Assembly: GCA_964016885.1 (NCBI GenBank)
Contig: OZ024742.1
Coordinates: 121,086,001-121,150,000, forward strand
From: Eledone cirrhosa
Lineage: Eukaryota
Length of the DNA stretch: 64,000 bases
Direction: 5' to 3'
The notes beneath the pieces are model-generated. The model did no database searches and was not told the DNA's origin. It worked only from the letters and a program-made list of their open reading frames with translations. A program made the translations under genes and the position numbers. This document shows positions 40,406-51,989 of the stretch, piece after piece. Numbering within the stretch: position 1 is the stretch's first letter; the number at the start of each line of letters is the position of its first letter.

Positions 40406-40428
40406 GAGGTGTGACACACGAGTTGTGC

Positions 40429-40776
40429 TATATTAGTAAAAAGGAAAAGAAAATGCTGACAAATTTTTCCCAGTGAAAAATAGTTTAATTAGGAATAAGT
40501 ATAAATTAGTAATAAGTATTGGTTAGTATTCAGTTTTAGTTTTAAGTTTTCACCGGTTGGGCATTTCTAATGCTTTTCAAAAATAATTTTGAGATAGAGC
40601 GCTCGTGATGTTTGCTCTAGAGCAAACATCACGAGCGCTCTATCTCAAAATTAGTTTTGAAAAGCATTTTAAAACTAAAACTGAATACTAACCAATACTT
40701 ATTACTAATTTATACTTATTCCTAATTAAACTATTTTTCACTGGGAAAATTTGTCAGCATTTTCTTTTCCTTTTTA

Positions 40777-40784
<8 letters not shown>
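40429..40784. repeat. About 355-bp near-perfect loopless palindrome centred on gctctAgagc (40618/40619)
   Basis: Arms read as reverse complements apart from a roughly 25-nt block (caccggttgggcatttc region) missing on the right and 1-2 single-base differences. Flanked by (TA)n. Confidence 0.9.
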
Positions 40785-40819
<35 letters not shown>

Positions 40820-40821
<2 letters not shown>

Positions 40822-42455
40822 TCATCATCATCATCATCATCAGGTTTAGCGTCCGTGTTCCACGCTTGCATGGGTTTGGACGGGGGTTTTCCCACTTGAG
40901 GCAAGAGTGGTTGTCTTGCTCGCATAGGACTGTCTGGCTGGTTTTCTACAGTTGGATGCCCTTCCTAACACCAACCACATTTACAGTGTGGGGCTGGGAG
41001 GTTTTTACCGTGTTGCCTACACGGCCACATTACAGCGTGGACTGTCTGGCGGGTTTTCTACAGCTGGATGCCCTTCCTAACACCAACCACATTTACAGTG
41101 TGGGGCTGGGAGGTTTTTACCGTGTTGCCTACACGGCCACATTTACAGCGTGGACTGTGTGTTTTTTGTCGTGACACCTACACGATCTCATTTGTTTCGG
41201 CCTGGATGTTGTGGGACCAACATAACTTTACATTGAAAGGGGCGGTGTGGGTGGGGTGGAGGTGGTGGGACGGGGGTGTGTTTTGATAGAGGTGCCTACT
41301 GACTGTAGTAGGTTTTTACTTTGTATTTAGGTAAGGCGGGTCTTCTCTATTACTGAGTACCGCCAAAGGTCTCGGTCCAGTGACATTGTCTTGGAGAGGT
41401 GTAAGCGTGTGAGGTCGGAATTTATCAGCTCGTCCCATGTTTTTCTGGGTCTGCCTACTCCGTGGCTACCGTCTATCTTTATTGCCCTGCACTTTGTTAT
41501 ACAGCTGTCGTCTTTCATGCGCATCACGTGACCGTACCAACGTAGCCTTCTCTCGAGTAAACAACATCTGATCCCTCTTATTTCTAATTTTTTCCTTAGT
41601 TCGTTTATGCTTTGCCGTTCACGTATATTACTATTGCACATCCAGCGGAGCATGCAAGCTTCGTTCCTCTCTAGTCTGCGTATATCCTCTGCACACAATG
41701 CCCAGGTCTCACTGCCATGCAGCATTGCTGTTCGTATGCAGGCATCGTATAACCTGCCTTTCATTTTTAGGGAGAACCCTCTAGCGGCTAATAGTGGTAT
41801 AAGCTCTCTGAACTTTTTCCATCCAGTTCTGACTCTAGCTACTGTACTTTCAGAGCACCCTCCCCCACTGCTGATTTTGTCACCCAGATAACGGAAGCTG
41901 TCCACTATTTCTATAGAACCCTCTGCGCAGTTGAAGGAGCTAGTATTTTGTGGGCACTTGCTGCTACTTATTGCACCAGAGCACCGGCCACATGTAAAAT
42001 CTATGTTCTTAGTTAGCTTACCTGTGATCCCACTACATCTTTTATGCACCCATACTTTGCATTTGGGACATAAAATGGAATTTCTACCTACGCCTTTCCT
42101 ACACACTGAGCATGGCCATTTCCCCGATGGGACCGCCGCCTTATTTTCTTTCCTACAAACTAGAACTTTAGTCTTAGCCAGGTTAATTTTAAGGCCTTTT
42201 GATTCTAGGCCGTGCTTCCACGTTTGGAATTTCTTCTCTAGTTCGGTCATTGATTCAGCTATGAGCGTTAGATCATCTGCGTATAGGAGTTCCCATGGGC
42301 AGCCGGTCTTGAACTCCTCTGTTATAGCCTGAAGGGCAATAATAAATAGTAGGGGGCTAAGTACAGAGCCCTGATGGACACCAACTTTTACGCTAAACTC
42401 TTCACTATATTCGTTGTTAATTCTAACCTTACTGAGTGTTTCTTTATACATGGCT

Positions 42456-42458
<3 letters not shown>
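40820..42458 (-). mobile_element. Very young 5'-truncated RTE LINE with an uninterrupted reading frame (about 376 codons), PHD insert and 3' UTR
   Basis: ORF 41327-42616 from QAMYKET onward reads GVHQGSVLSP, LYADD, PHD, FRYLG, WYGHVMRM with no stops. The 5' junction is at (TA)n and the (CAT)n tail is at about 40820. Confidence 0.95.
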
Positions 42459-42540
<82 letters not shown>

Positions 42541-43064
42541 CAATATGAATCAATTGCCAACATGTGTTCCTGTAAATGGTCAGGCCTCGCTTATCTCCTC
42601 TTTGATGTGATGTCATGCTTTACTCAAAGTTGACACTACTTCACTCACTTGCCACCATCAATTGAAGGTACAAACACACCATATTTATCTTTCCATTAAA
42701 GGGAGGTAAACTCTTGCGGACAATATGGTCCCACGCCAAATTCGGTAATGTATAATAACATTACCTAATATTCTGCACATGGTTGTTCCACTTGGAACAC
42801 TGCCAGCAGATCAGAACCATAGAAATTGATGTTTCGGTCCACGTAACTCAATTATCTTACCCACATGAAGTCGTCTTTCTCACTGATTAATGTATAATAA
42901 CTCTAACTAGTTGAGTTTGAATTTTAATAATATGAAAATAATTGATTATTTAGTGAGGAAACAGCAAAAGCTAGGTCCATTCTGTTCGACAAGCTTTATC
43001 TCTTAATTATATAAATATATCATCATCATCATCCTCATCGTTTAACATCTATCTTCGGTATATA

Positions 43065-43201
<137 letters not shown>

Positions 43202-43529
43202 TCATCGTTTAACGTCCATCTTCCACGCTAGCATGGGTTTAGACGGGAATTGTCCTACTTGAGGCAAGATTGGTCGGGAGACTGTATCTCATTCGGTCAA
43301 GACTGGCAGGTTTTCTATGGCTGGCTGCCCTTCCTAACACCAACCACATTTACAGTGTGGACTGGGAGCCATTTTACTATGTCTTCTACACGACCACTTT
43401 ACAGTGTGGACTGAGTGCTTTTTGTTGTGTCACCTACATGACCACTTTACAGTGGACGGAAGTGGGAGGATGGAGTAGGGTGTGTGGGGTGGGGTGTATA
43501 TTGGGTTAAGAGGTGCTTATTGCCTGTAT

Positions 43530-44187
43530 ATATAAGGTGAACCAGTAGATTTGAGGTTTACTGAGGCCCTTTCAATGCAAAGTTATGTTGGTGCCACAAC
43601 ATCCAGGCCGAAACAAACGAGATCGTGTAGGTGTCACAACAAAAAACACACAGTCCACGCTGTAATGTGGCCGTGTAGGCAACACGGTAAAAACCTCCCA
43701 GTCCCACACTGTAAATGTGGTTGGTGTTAGGAAGGGCATCCAGCTGTAGAAAACCTGCCAGACAGTCCACGCTGTAATGTGGCCGTGTAGGCAACACGGT
43801 AAAAACCTCCCAGCCCCACACTGTAAATGTGGTTGGTGTTAGGAAGGGCATCCAGCTGTAGAAAACCTGCCAGACAGTCCACGCTGTAATGTGGCCGTGT
43901 AGGCAACACGGTAAAAACCTCCCAGTCCCACACTGTAAATGTGGTTGGTGTTAGGAAGGGCATCCAGCTGTAGAAAACCTGCCAGACAGTCCACGCTGTA
44001 ATGTGGCCGTGTAGGCAACACGGTAAAAACCTCCCAGCCCCACACTGTAAATGTGGTTGGTGTTAGGAAGGGCATCCAGCTGTAGAAAACCCGCCAGACA
44101 GTCCTATGCGAGCAAGACAACCACTCTTGCCTCAAGTGGGAAAACCCCCGTCCAAACCCATGCAAGCGTGGAACATGGACGTTAAAC

Positions 44188-44219
<32 letters not shown>

Positions 44220-44220
44220 G
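43530..44220 (+). mobile_element. RTE 3' UTR (same subfamily as 40820) containing 4 x 112-bp tandem repeats
   Basis: Unit starts at 43651, 43763, 43875 and 43987; (GAT)n tail at about 44188-44218. Confidence 0.9.
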
Positions 44221-44399
44221 GAAGGTATCAATATTAGCACTCTATTCTATAGCTGAGTATATATATTAAGAAGAACAAAATGAGTTTTCACATTGAGGTT
44301 TATATTGATTAAGCTCAGTTACTTAGTTTCACAGATGGGTGGCTCAGGATCCATATTAGTGTTATCTCTCATGAGATTCTGGTTTTTGCTAGATTGATA

Positions 44400-44484
44400 A
44401 GTCTGATGAACAGATTGGGGCTGGAATCAGGCCTGTAACATTGATATGGCTCATGTGCCACCCATCTGTGAAACATTTGTAACT
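44400..44484 (+). ncRNA. Hammerhead ribozyme-like motif with long stem II insertion
   Basis: AGU-CUGAUGA-ACAGAU...AUCUGU-GAAAC-auuu-GUA/ACU, inside the 44263-44535 fold-back. Confidence 0.6.
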
Positions 44485-45134
44485 GAGCCTAATCAATAAA
44501 AACCTCAATGTGAAACCTCATTTTCTTCTTAATATCATCATCATCATCATCATCATCACCATCACCATCATCATCACCACCATCATCATCACTGTGTTAC
44601 GTCCATTTTTCCACACACATGGATTCAACTCACCTCCCAAATTCTCTAATACACCATCCATTATCACACCCCTAGATTCCTATTACTTTCTCTTGATCAT
44701 TAGCAGCTTCTCTTACAACTAATACATGCCGACTATATATGCTCACTGCACTGTATACACACATACACACCCTTATATTAACATACTTTTGCTCATAGCT
44801 TCGTACTTACATGCACACACACACTTTTACTCACATATACACACACATTTCTTCTTAGCTTCGTACGGACATATAATAACACACACACATACACACATAA
44901 ACACATGCTTACTCACCTGCACAAGTATAGCCCTTTTTTGAAAACGTTTTTTTTTCCATTTCAGGTAGACGCGCTCCATCATCCACTTTTCTAAAAAATA
45001 AATCATACACAAAACGCCAGCACCAACAGTTTTGCAAGAGATGTCAACATGAATGGACCTGTTATTTTTATCTAAAGACATTTTTTCCAATTCCATCCCG
45101 CCCGTCCCCTCAATCTATCTTATTTCTCATTTTT

Positions 45135-45170
45135 TCTTCTGATGAAGGACTAACGTCCGAAACGTTAAGA
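45135..45170 (+). ncRNA. Minimal type I hammerhead ribozyme (Penelope type)
   Basis: UCUU-CUGAUGA-a-GGAC-uaac-GUCC-GAAAC-GUU/AAGA. The loopless palindromic stem III (ACGU) would need dimerisation to fold. Confidence 0.75.
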
Positions 45171-45278
45171 CCCTCTTCCTGCTATATCAAGCATTAATCT
45201 AATAAATCCCTTCCATATAATGTACCGATTGTGTTGTTATTTCTGTTTACCTTTTACATATATATATATATATATATA

Positions 45279-46699
45279 ATTATTATTAAAGGACTTGAAC
45301 ATCTGAAACTACTTCGCTTTTCCTTATTCGATATTTACTCCGTCACTCCTATTTGGAAAAAGTACGTTGAGTGCTTGAATTGAATTGCATCAATGTTTAC
45401 CCTAAGAATTTAGCTCCAATTAGTTGAGCGCTCTATGATGTAACCGATATGGTGGAGAAGAGAGGAACCAACCATGAGCTACCCCTGGAAATTCCCTCTA
45501 CCATGGGGATGGAAACCCCTGACACTGGACGGACATAATAGCAACTTTCAGCAGGATAAATACGCGGAAACAAAAACTAAGATAAACCCCTATTTTCCTG
45601 CAACAAATCACATTTGAACAGAAGCCCCCTCAATTCAATCTATACATTGACAAATTGACAATCATATGGATCATTTTGCATATATGTACTCTGTGTTTTT
45701 GCATTTATTCATTATTGGTTCTTTTCTTTTGTGTACTTTATGTCTGTTTTTCTTTGATTGTGTTCCATGTGATGGAAATTATGACTGTGTACCAGATTGA
45801 CTAATGCCTTGAATACTGTAGCTTACCCTCCGTTATAATGTACGGCACTATCGTTCAATATGTGGATAGTGTAACTGTGACATTAGAACCCCTCTCAGAA
45901 CTTCTTACTTAAACATCTCTCCATATTATTTACTCACTTCAGTCTATATGTTTTTTTACTCACCTCAATCCGGATTCTCACTTGAAAAATTTTTTAATTT
46001 CTAATTGTTAATTTTTTAATTGTTTAATTTATAATTTCTGATATTTGATTTAGGATTTTAACTTTTATTTCCAACTCTCACTCATAACTTCCAATGTAAA
46101 ACCATGATACCTAGAATTAAGTTTATTTTCTCTTAGGAGTTGATGGTCAGTCGTACTGTCCATGCTTGGTGAGAGATAGTATTGTGACCTGTAAAAACTA
46201 ACACTTTCCCATCCCCTCTGGCTTTCGGCTGACTGCCACAGTCGGGATGGGTAGCGGTAAACTATGGTACAGGCCTAAGTGGGTCATTGTTTGGCTGAGA
46301 GGGTGAAGTGACTAAGCGAATTTCGTTGAAATCTGCGGTAGCTAATGGTCAACTTCCTTCGGACATGCACCTGCGCAGACCGGTGGGGGTGAATTGGTAC
46401 TCACAGGGGAACGGATGAAGAACCCAAAAGCACACACTTCGTTCGTTCCCATGTCGATTCAATTTGGATTGCCTCGGAAACATAACCTTATTATGTAACA
46501 AGCTGTCTGAGGATGTCACGACACTCGCACACAGAACAGTGTGGCCAGTGTCATCATTGAAATATATATCACAGCATTATTATTAAAGGACTTGAACATC
46601 TGAAACTACTTCGCTTTTCCTTATTCGATATTTACTCCGTCACTCCTATGTGGAAAAAGTACGTTGAGTGCTTGAATTGAATTGCATCAATGTTTACCC

Positions 46700-46702
<3 letters not shown>
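45279..46702 (+). mobile_element. Non-coding retrozyme/Penelope-like element: 1297-nt monomer plus 127-nt terminal direct repeat, inserted in (TA)n
   Basis: 45279-45405 matches 46576-46702 with one mismatch seen. An HHR lies immediately before the second repeat, (TA)n flanks both sides, and the ORF track shows nothing here. Confidence 0.72.
46502..46575 (+). ncRNA. Type I hammerhead ribozyme at the monomer junction of a retrozyme-like element
   Basis: GCUGU-CUGAGGA-...GACACU...AGUGUC...-GAAA-UAUAUA-UC/ACAGC. Stem I is perfect and stem III is palindromic, but the base of stem II is imperfect. Confidence 0.72.
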
Positions 46703-46762
<60 letters not shown>

Positions 46763-47382
46763 ATTGCATAATTAGTTAACGAATAAAGTAATTGCGACAT
46801 ACACAAGCAGAAAAAATATAAACAAAAATATTTGATTCGGGAACTGCCTGTGATCTAGATGTTATCGTTGGCGTAAATAATCCCCTAATGCTTTTCCTAC
46901 TATTACATCATGGTTAACTAAACGGAATGATCAGCTCTATCCAGTGGTGAGCCACTAAATATAAATGAATATATATATATATTTATGCAATCACACATAC
47001 TGTCAATTCTATTTGATTGCATAACTTCAGTGATTTAAATTATTATGCAGTTAACTGGAACATACAATTAGCCTAAATTACATAGTAGGCAATAAATTAC
47101 AATAGTCCAGTATATAGTTAATGGTATATTATTGTGTCTGTGTTATACTGGTATGGATTATTGAATAAACATGACGAATACATTATAATCTTTATCACAA
47201 TATCTGATTGAATAAATAACATTTATTCTCAGCATTAAACACCATCTTAATTTATTTGAGAGTGGTTTCTAGCACATTACGAGGCTTTCATATTCTATAA
47301 AATAAAAATGCCTATACACTTCTAACATATTGAGAACTTTTTTTTAACAGTGGTCACCTCCCAATATTCATCAGAAATCCAC

Positions 47383-47414
<32 letters not shown>

Positions 47415-47654
47415 AGATTTAATATAGCTTCTACAGAACTAGAACTGTTTCATTCGAAGGAAATCCTCATTCCTGATGATATTTTCTTCGAATGAAACAG
47501 TTCTAGTCCTGTAGAAGCAATTTCTATATTAAATCTTGTATATAATTTATGTATTGAGTACCTTACTTACTGCGGTTACCCCCGATTGAACCCAGGACTC
47601 ACACACACACACACACATATATATATATTTATATATCAATATATATCATCATCA

Positions 47655-48335
47655 TGCTCGGAACATTGACCTCCTGGAAACTGTTCAGAGACGTGCAACC
47701 AAGCGCATACCCTCCATCAGACACCTACCATACTCTGAACGCCTTGCTTCCCTGGGCATGGATTCATTGAAGCTCCGACATCTGGCAATGGACTTGGTGA
47801 ATACCCACAAAGTTTTTAACCATCTCGCCAACTGCAACCCTGAGCGCCTCTTTGATCTCCATGTGTCTAACACACGTGGACATGCCTACAAGATAAGAAA
47901 ACAGCACAGCTCCCATGACTTTCGCAGACATTTTTTCACGCTCAGAGTTGCTGAAGCATGGAACAAACTGCCTGCGTCAATTGTTAGCTGCCGAGACACT
48001 GCATCCTTTAAGACACTCATGCTTCCCGAAATACGCCAAAACTACACCTGATGTACCCCTTCCATACACATGCACACATGTGTGTATCATGACTCGTGCA
48101 CTGTTCATTTTACTGATGTTTGTGCATTGCCCTATGTACTGTACATGTACTTTTTTGATGAGTTGTGGTGCACCTGGGCACTGTACACAATATTTCATTA
48201 TTGTTATTGTTATTATATCATGACTCATACACTGTTTATTTTCCTGACATTTGTACATTATTCTATGTACTATACATGCACCCTTGATGAGTTGTAGTGC
48301 ACCTGAGCACTGTACACAATAATTTCATTATTATT
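47655..48335 (+). mobile_element. CR1-clade LINE 3' end with 3' UTR and (ATT)n tail
   Basis: LETVQRRATKRIP...YSERLASLG...TRGHAYKI...RRHFFTLRVAEAWNKLP is the CR1 ORF2 C-terminus. Shorter copies at about 27965-28125, 29660-30000 (+) and 33845-34035, 57250-57465 (-). Confidence 0.9.
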
Positions 48336-48339
48336 ATTA

Positions 48340-48685
48340 TCATCATCACCGTTTTACGTCTGTTCTTCCACACTAGCATGGGTTAGACGAGTTGTCCTGT
48401 TGTGGGCAGTGTCTGGTCGGCTGACCATGCCTTGCTCATACAGGAACTGATCTGGCTTGATTTCTACAGCTGGATGCCCTTCCTAACACCAACCTCATTT
48501 ACAGTGAGTGGTGGGTGCTTTTTCGTGGCGCCTACACGTCCACTTTATAGTGTGGGCTGGGTGCTTTTTTGCCGTGGCACCTCCACGACCACCTTGCGAT
48601 GGGGGGGGGGGGGGGGCATATTGTCTATATGCTTCAGCTTGTACCCATGGGAGGTCGGGTACTCTGTATTACTGCGTAACGCCAG

Positions 48686-48690
<5 letters not shown>
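48340..48690 (-). mobile_element. RTE 3' UTR fragment (15095 subfamily)
   Basis: Reverse complement of about 16775-17075; ends in (TA)n. Confidence 0.85.
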
Positions 48691-48753
<63 letters not shown>

Positions 48754-48841
48754 ATATATATATTTTTTTTTTTTGGAACGATCGACTTTCGTCAAATCGG
48801 ACCAAGGAAACAATGTTTCCGTTGGTCTTTCCAATTGCTAA

Positions 48842-48899
<58 letters not shown>

Positions 48900-48921
48900 A
48901 TATATATATATATATATATAT

Positions 48922-49230
48922 AAGGAAAAAATTAGAGATAAGAGGGATCAGATGTTGTTTACTCGAGAGAAGGCTACGTTGGTATGGACACGTGATGCGC
49001 ATGAAAGTCGATAGCTGTATAACAAAGTGCAGGGCAATAAAGATAGACGGTAGTCACGGAATAGGCAGACCTAGAAAAACCTGGGACGAGCTGATAAACT
49101 CCGACATCACACACTTACACCTCTCCAAGACAATGTCACTGGACCGAGACCTTTGGCGGTACTCAGTAACAGAGAAGACCCGCCTTACCTAAATATATAG
49201 TAAAACCTACTCCAGCCAGTAGGCATCTCT
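48922..49230 (+). mobile_element. RTE ORF C-terminal fragment (40820 subfamily)
   Basis: [28 protein letters not shown]...KTRLT is nearly identical to the end of the 41327 ORF. Confidence 0.9.
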
Positions 49231-49334
49231 AACAAAATACACCGTTGATGATGATGATGATGATATATATATATACATATACACATATATATATTATCAT
49301 TATCATCATCGTTGAATGTCTGTTTTCCATGCTA

Positions 49335-50180
49335 GCTTTTATCACCTCATCCCAAATTTTCCTAGGTCTTCCCACTCCATAGCTTCCATCAACTTTGAAC
49401 ACTCTGCACATATTTATACAGCTGTCATCCTTCATATGAATCACATGTCCATACCAGTACGATCTCCTCTCCTGCACATTGCATCTGATCCCTCTTATGC
49501 CTAATTTCTCTCTCAGTTCATTTATGCTTTGCTATTCATGTATCACCCATCGAAGCATGGATCTTCATTTCTTTCCAACCTTTGAAGGTCCTCTGCACAC
49601 AGCACCTAGGCCTCACTACCATGCAACATTGCTGTTTGTATACATGCATCATATAATCTTCCCTTCATTTTGAGGAAAAAACTTTTTGTAGTTAGCAGTG
49701 GTAGTAGCTTCCTGAATTTGTTCCATCCTATTCTCACTCTGGCTACTGTACTTTCAGAATACCCACTTCCATTGCTAATTTGGTCATCCAGGTAGCAGAA
49801 GCTGTCAACTGCTTCTACAGAACCTTCCAAGAATGTTATAGCATTGTTTCCTGTGGGCATTTACTGCTTACATGCAATGGCCACAATTTCTTCTCTAATT
49901 CTGCCATAGCTTCAGCTATAAGTGTGAGATCATCTGTATACAGGAGTTCCCATGGGCAGCCAGTCTTAAACACCTATGTTATAGCCTGTAGGATGATAAT
50001 AAACAGGAGGAAGCTAAGAACAGAGCCCTGGTGGATACCTACCTGCTCATTAAATTCTTCACTATAGTCATTGTTAATCCTAACTTTGCTGAATGCTCCG
50101 CTTATACATGGCTTGTACAGCCTTCACAAGCCACTCATCTACTCCTAGTTTTCTATGAGCCCACCAGATTATGGTACATA
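49335..50180 (-). mobile_element. Decayed, internally deleted RTE fragment
   Basis: GCPWELLYTDD-like and KMKGRLYDACIQTAMLHGSE segments; the PHD region is deleted. Confidence 0.85.
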
Positions 50181-50293
50181 TATGTGTATATATAAGTGGG
50201 GACTATATATATATATATATATATGTACCATAATCTGGTGGGCTCATAGAAAACTAGGAGTAGATGAGTGGCTTGTGAAGGCTATATATATAT

Positions 50294-50700
50294 AAAAGCC
50301 GACCTTACCCAATTACACCTCTCAAAGGCAATGACACACGACCGTGACCTCTGGCGTCACGCAGTAATACAGAGTACCTGACCTCCCATGGGTACAAGCT
50401 GAAGCATATAGACAATATGCCCCCCCCCCCCCATCGCAAGGTGGTCGTGGAGGTGCCACGGCAAAAAAAGCACCCAGCCCACACTGTAAAGTGGACGTGT
50501 AGGCGCCACGAAAAAGCACCCAGCACTCACTGTAAATGAGGTTGGTGTTAGGAAGGGCATCCAGCTGTAGAAATCAAGCCAAATCAGTTCCTGTATGAGC
50601 AAGACAAGGTCAGGACAACCAGACACTGCCCACAACAGGACAACCCGTCTAACCCATGCTAGCGTGGAAGAACGGACGTAAAACGGTGATGATGATGATG
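50294..50700 (+). mobile_element. RTE 3' end (15095 subfamily)
   Basis: Near-identical to 16723-17085; starts at (TA)n and is followed by (GA)n at 50706-50762. Confidence 0.9.
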
Positions 50701-50702
50701 AC

Positions 50703-50765
<63 letters not shown>

Positions 50766-51989
50766 TGGAGGCCAGACTAACCAATTTGATTAATTTAATG
50801 TTCAGACTTGTGAACATTTGGAGGATGTATATATGCCACCCAGTTCAAGCTATGATTTTTTTAATTAATATGTATTGACAATACTGGCAACAAATTGGCA
50901 GAGTTGTTAGACCATCAGATAGAATGCTTTATGGTATTTGTTTTGGCTCTCTGCTCTCTGAGTTTAAATTCCATCATGACCAACTTTGCCTTCCATCCTT
51001 TCTAAATCAATAAATAATATACCAGTCCACTAATGAGGTTGATCTTTCCTCCTTTTCGCCACCCCCTCTCTTTCTGGAAGAAACCAACTGCATTCTGACT
51101 TGAAGAACGATGGGCTCCCCCAGATTTTAAATACTATAATGCTACTCCTGCGATTCCACCAGGAGTTAAGTCCCCATGGATGGATTAATGTATAGATAGA
51201 TTGACAACACAATTATTTGACATATCCTCAATGAGAGTGTTTCAATTCATTTTAATATTCCTCAATTATCCCCAGCAGTAACCTTCATACACTGATATTC
51301 CTCAATTATCCAAGCTTAACCAGATTCCTATCCTCCGGCAGTGACTTCCACACATTTTGGATTACTCAGTGGTGTATTGGACCTCCATTGGTTTCAACGA
51401 TGTGTCTACCAGTTGTTTGATCAACAGAACAACCTACCCATGAAATTAATGTGTAAGTGGCTGAGCATTCCACAAACATGTGTACTTTTAACACAGTTTT
51501 GGGGGAGATTCAGCATGGAACAGCAAGTGACAAAGCTGGCCCTTTAAATTACAGGTACAGTCCATCTTACGATCTTCCAAGCAGTTTCTGTTTACCATGT
51601 TTCACACTCAAGGTATGTGTCTACCCAAGGCTATGTTAAATGACAATTGCTCAAGATGCTACACAATGGGATTGAACCTGGGACTTAATGATTGTGAAGT
51701 GAACTTCTTAACCATTTGGCCATACTGTGTCCACACTCAATAGTAACAAATAGGATCAGCCCTTAAAAAGATAACTGGATCATACAGATTAAAACATATT
51801 TAACTGGGTCAACCACAAACTAAAATAGTTGATAATAGAATCAACAAAATACAGACCAGTCCCCATTTTGATTCAAAACTATCTTCTTACAAATTTTATC
51901 TGCAATGAAGATGCATTTATTGAAGAGATCATCATCACCACCATCACCACTACCATCACCACCACCACCCACTGGGAAACACATTGGTG

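Noticed and set aside
41327-42616. 429-aa ORF as a host gene or an autonomous LINE
   Set aside because: The N-terminus is read-through of flank and (TA)n. The element lacks the endonuclease and the first half of the RT.
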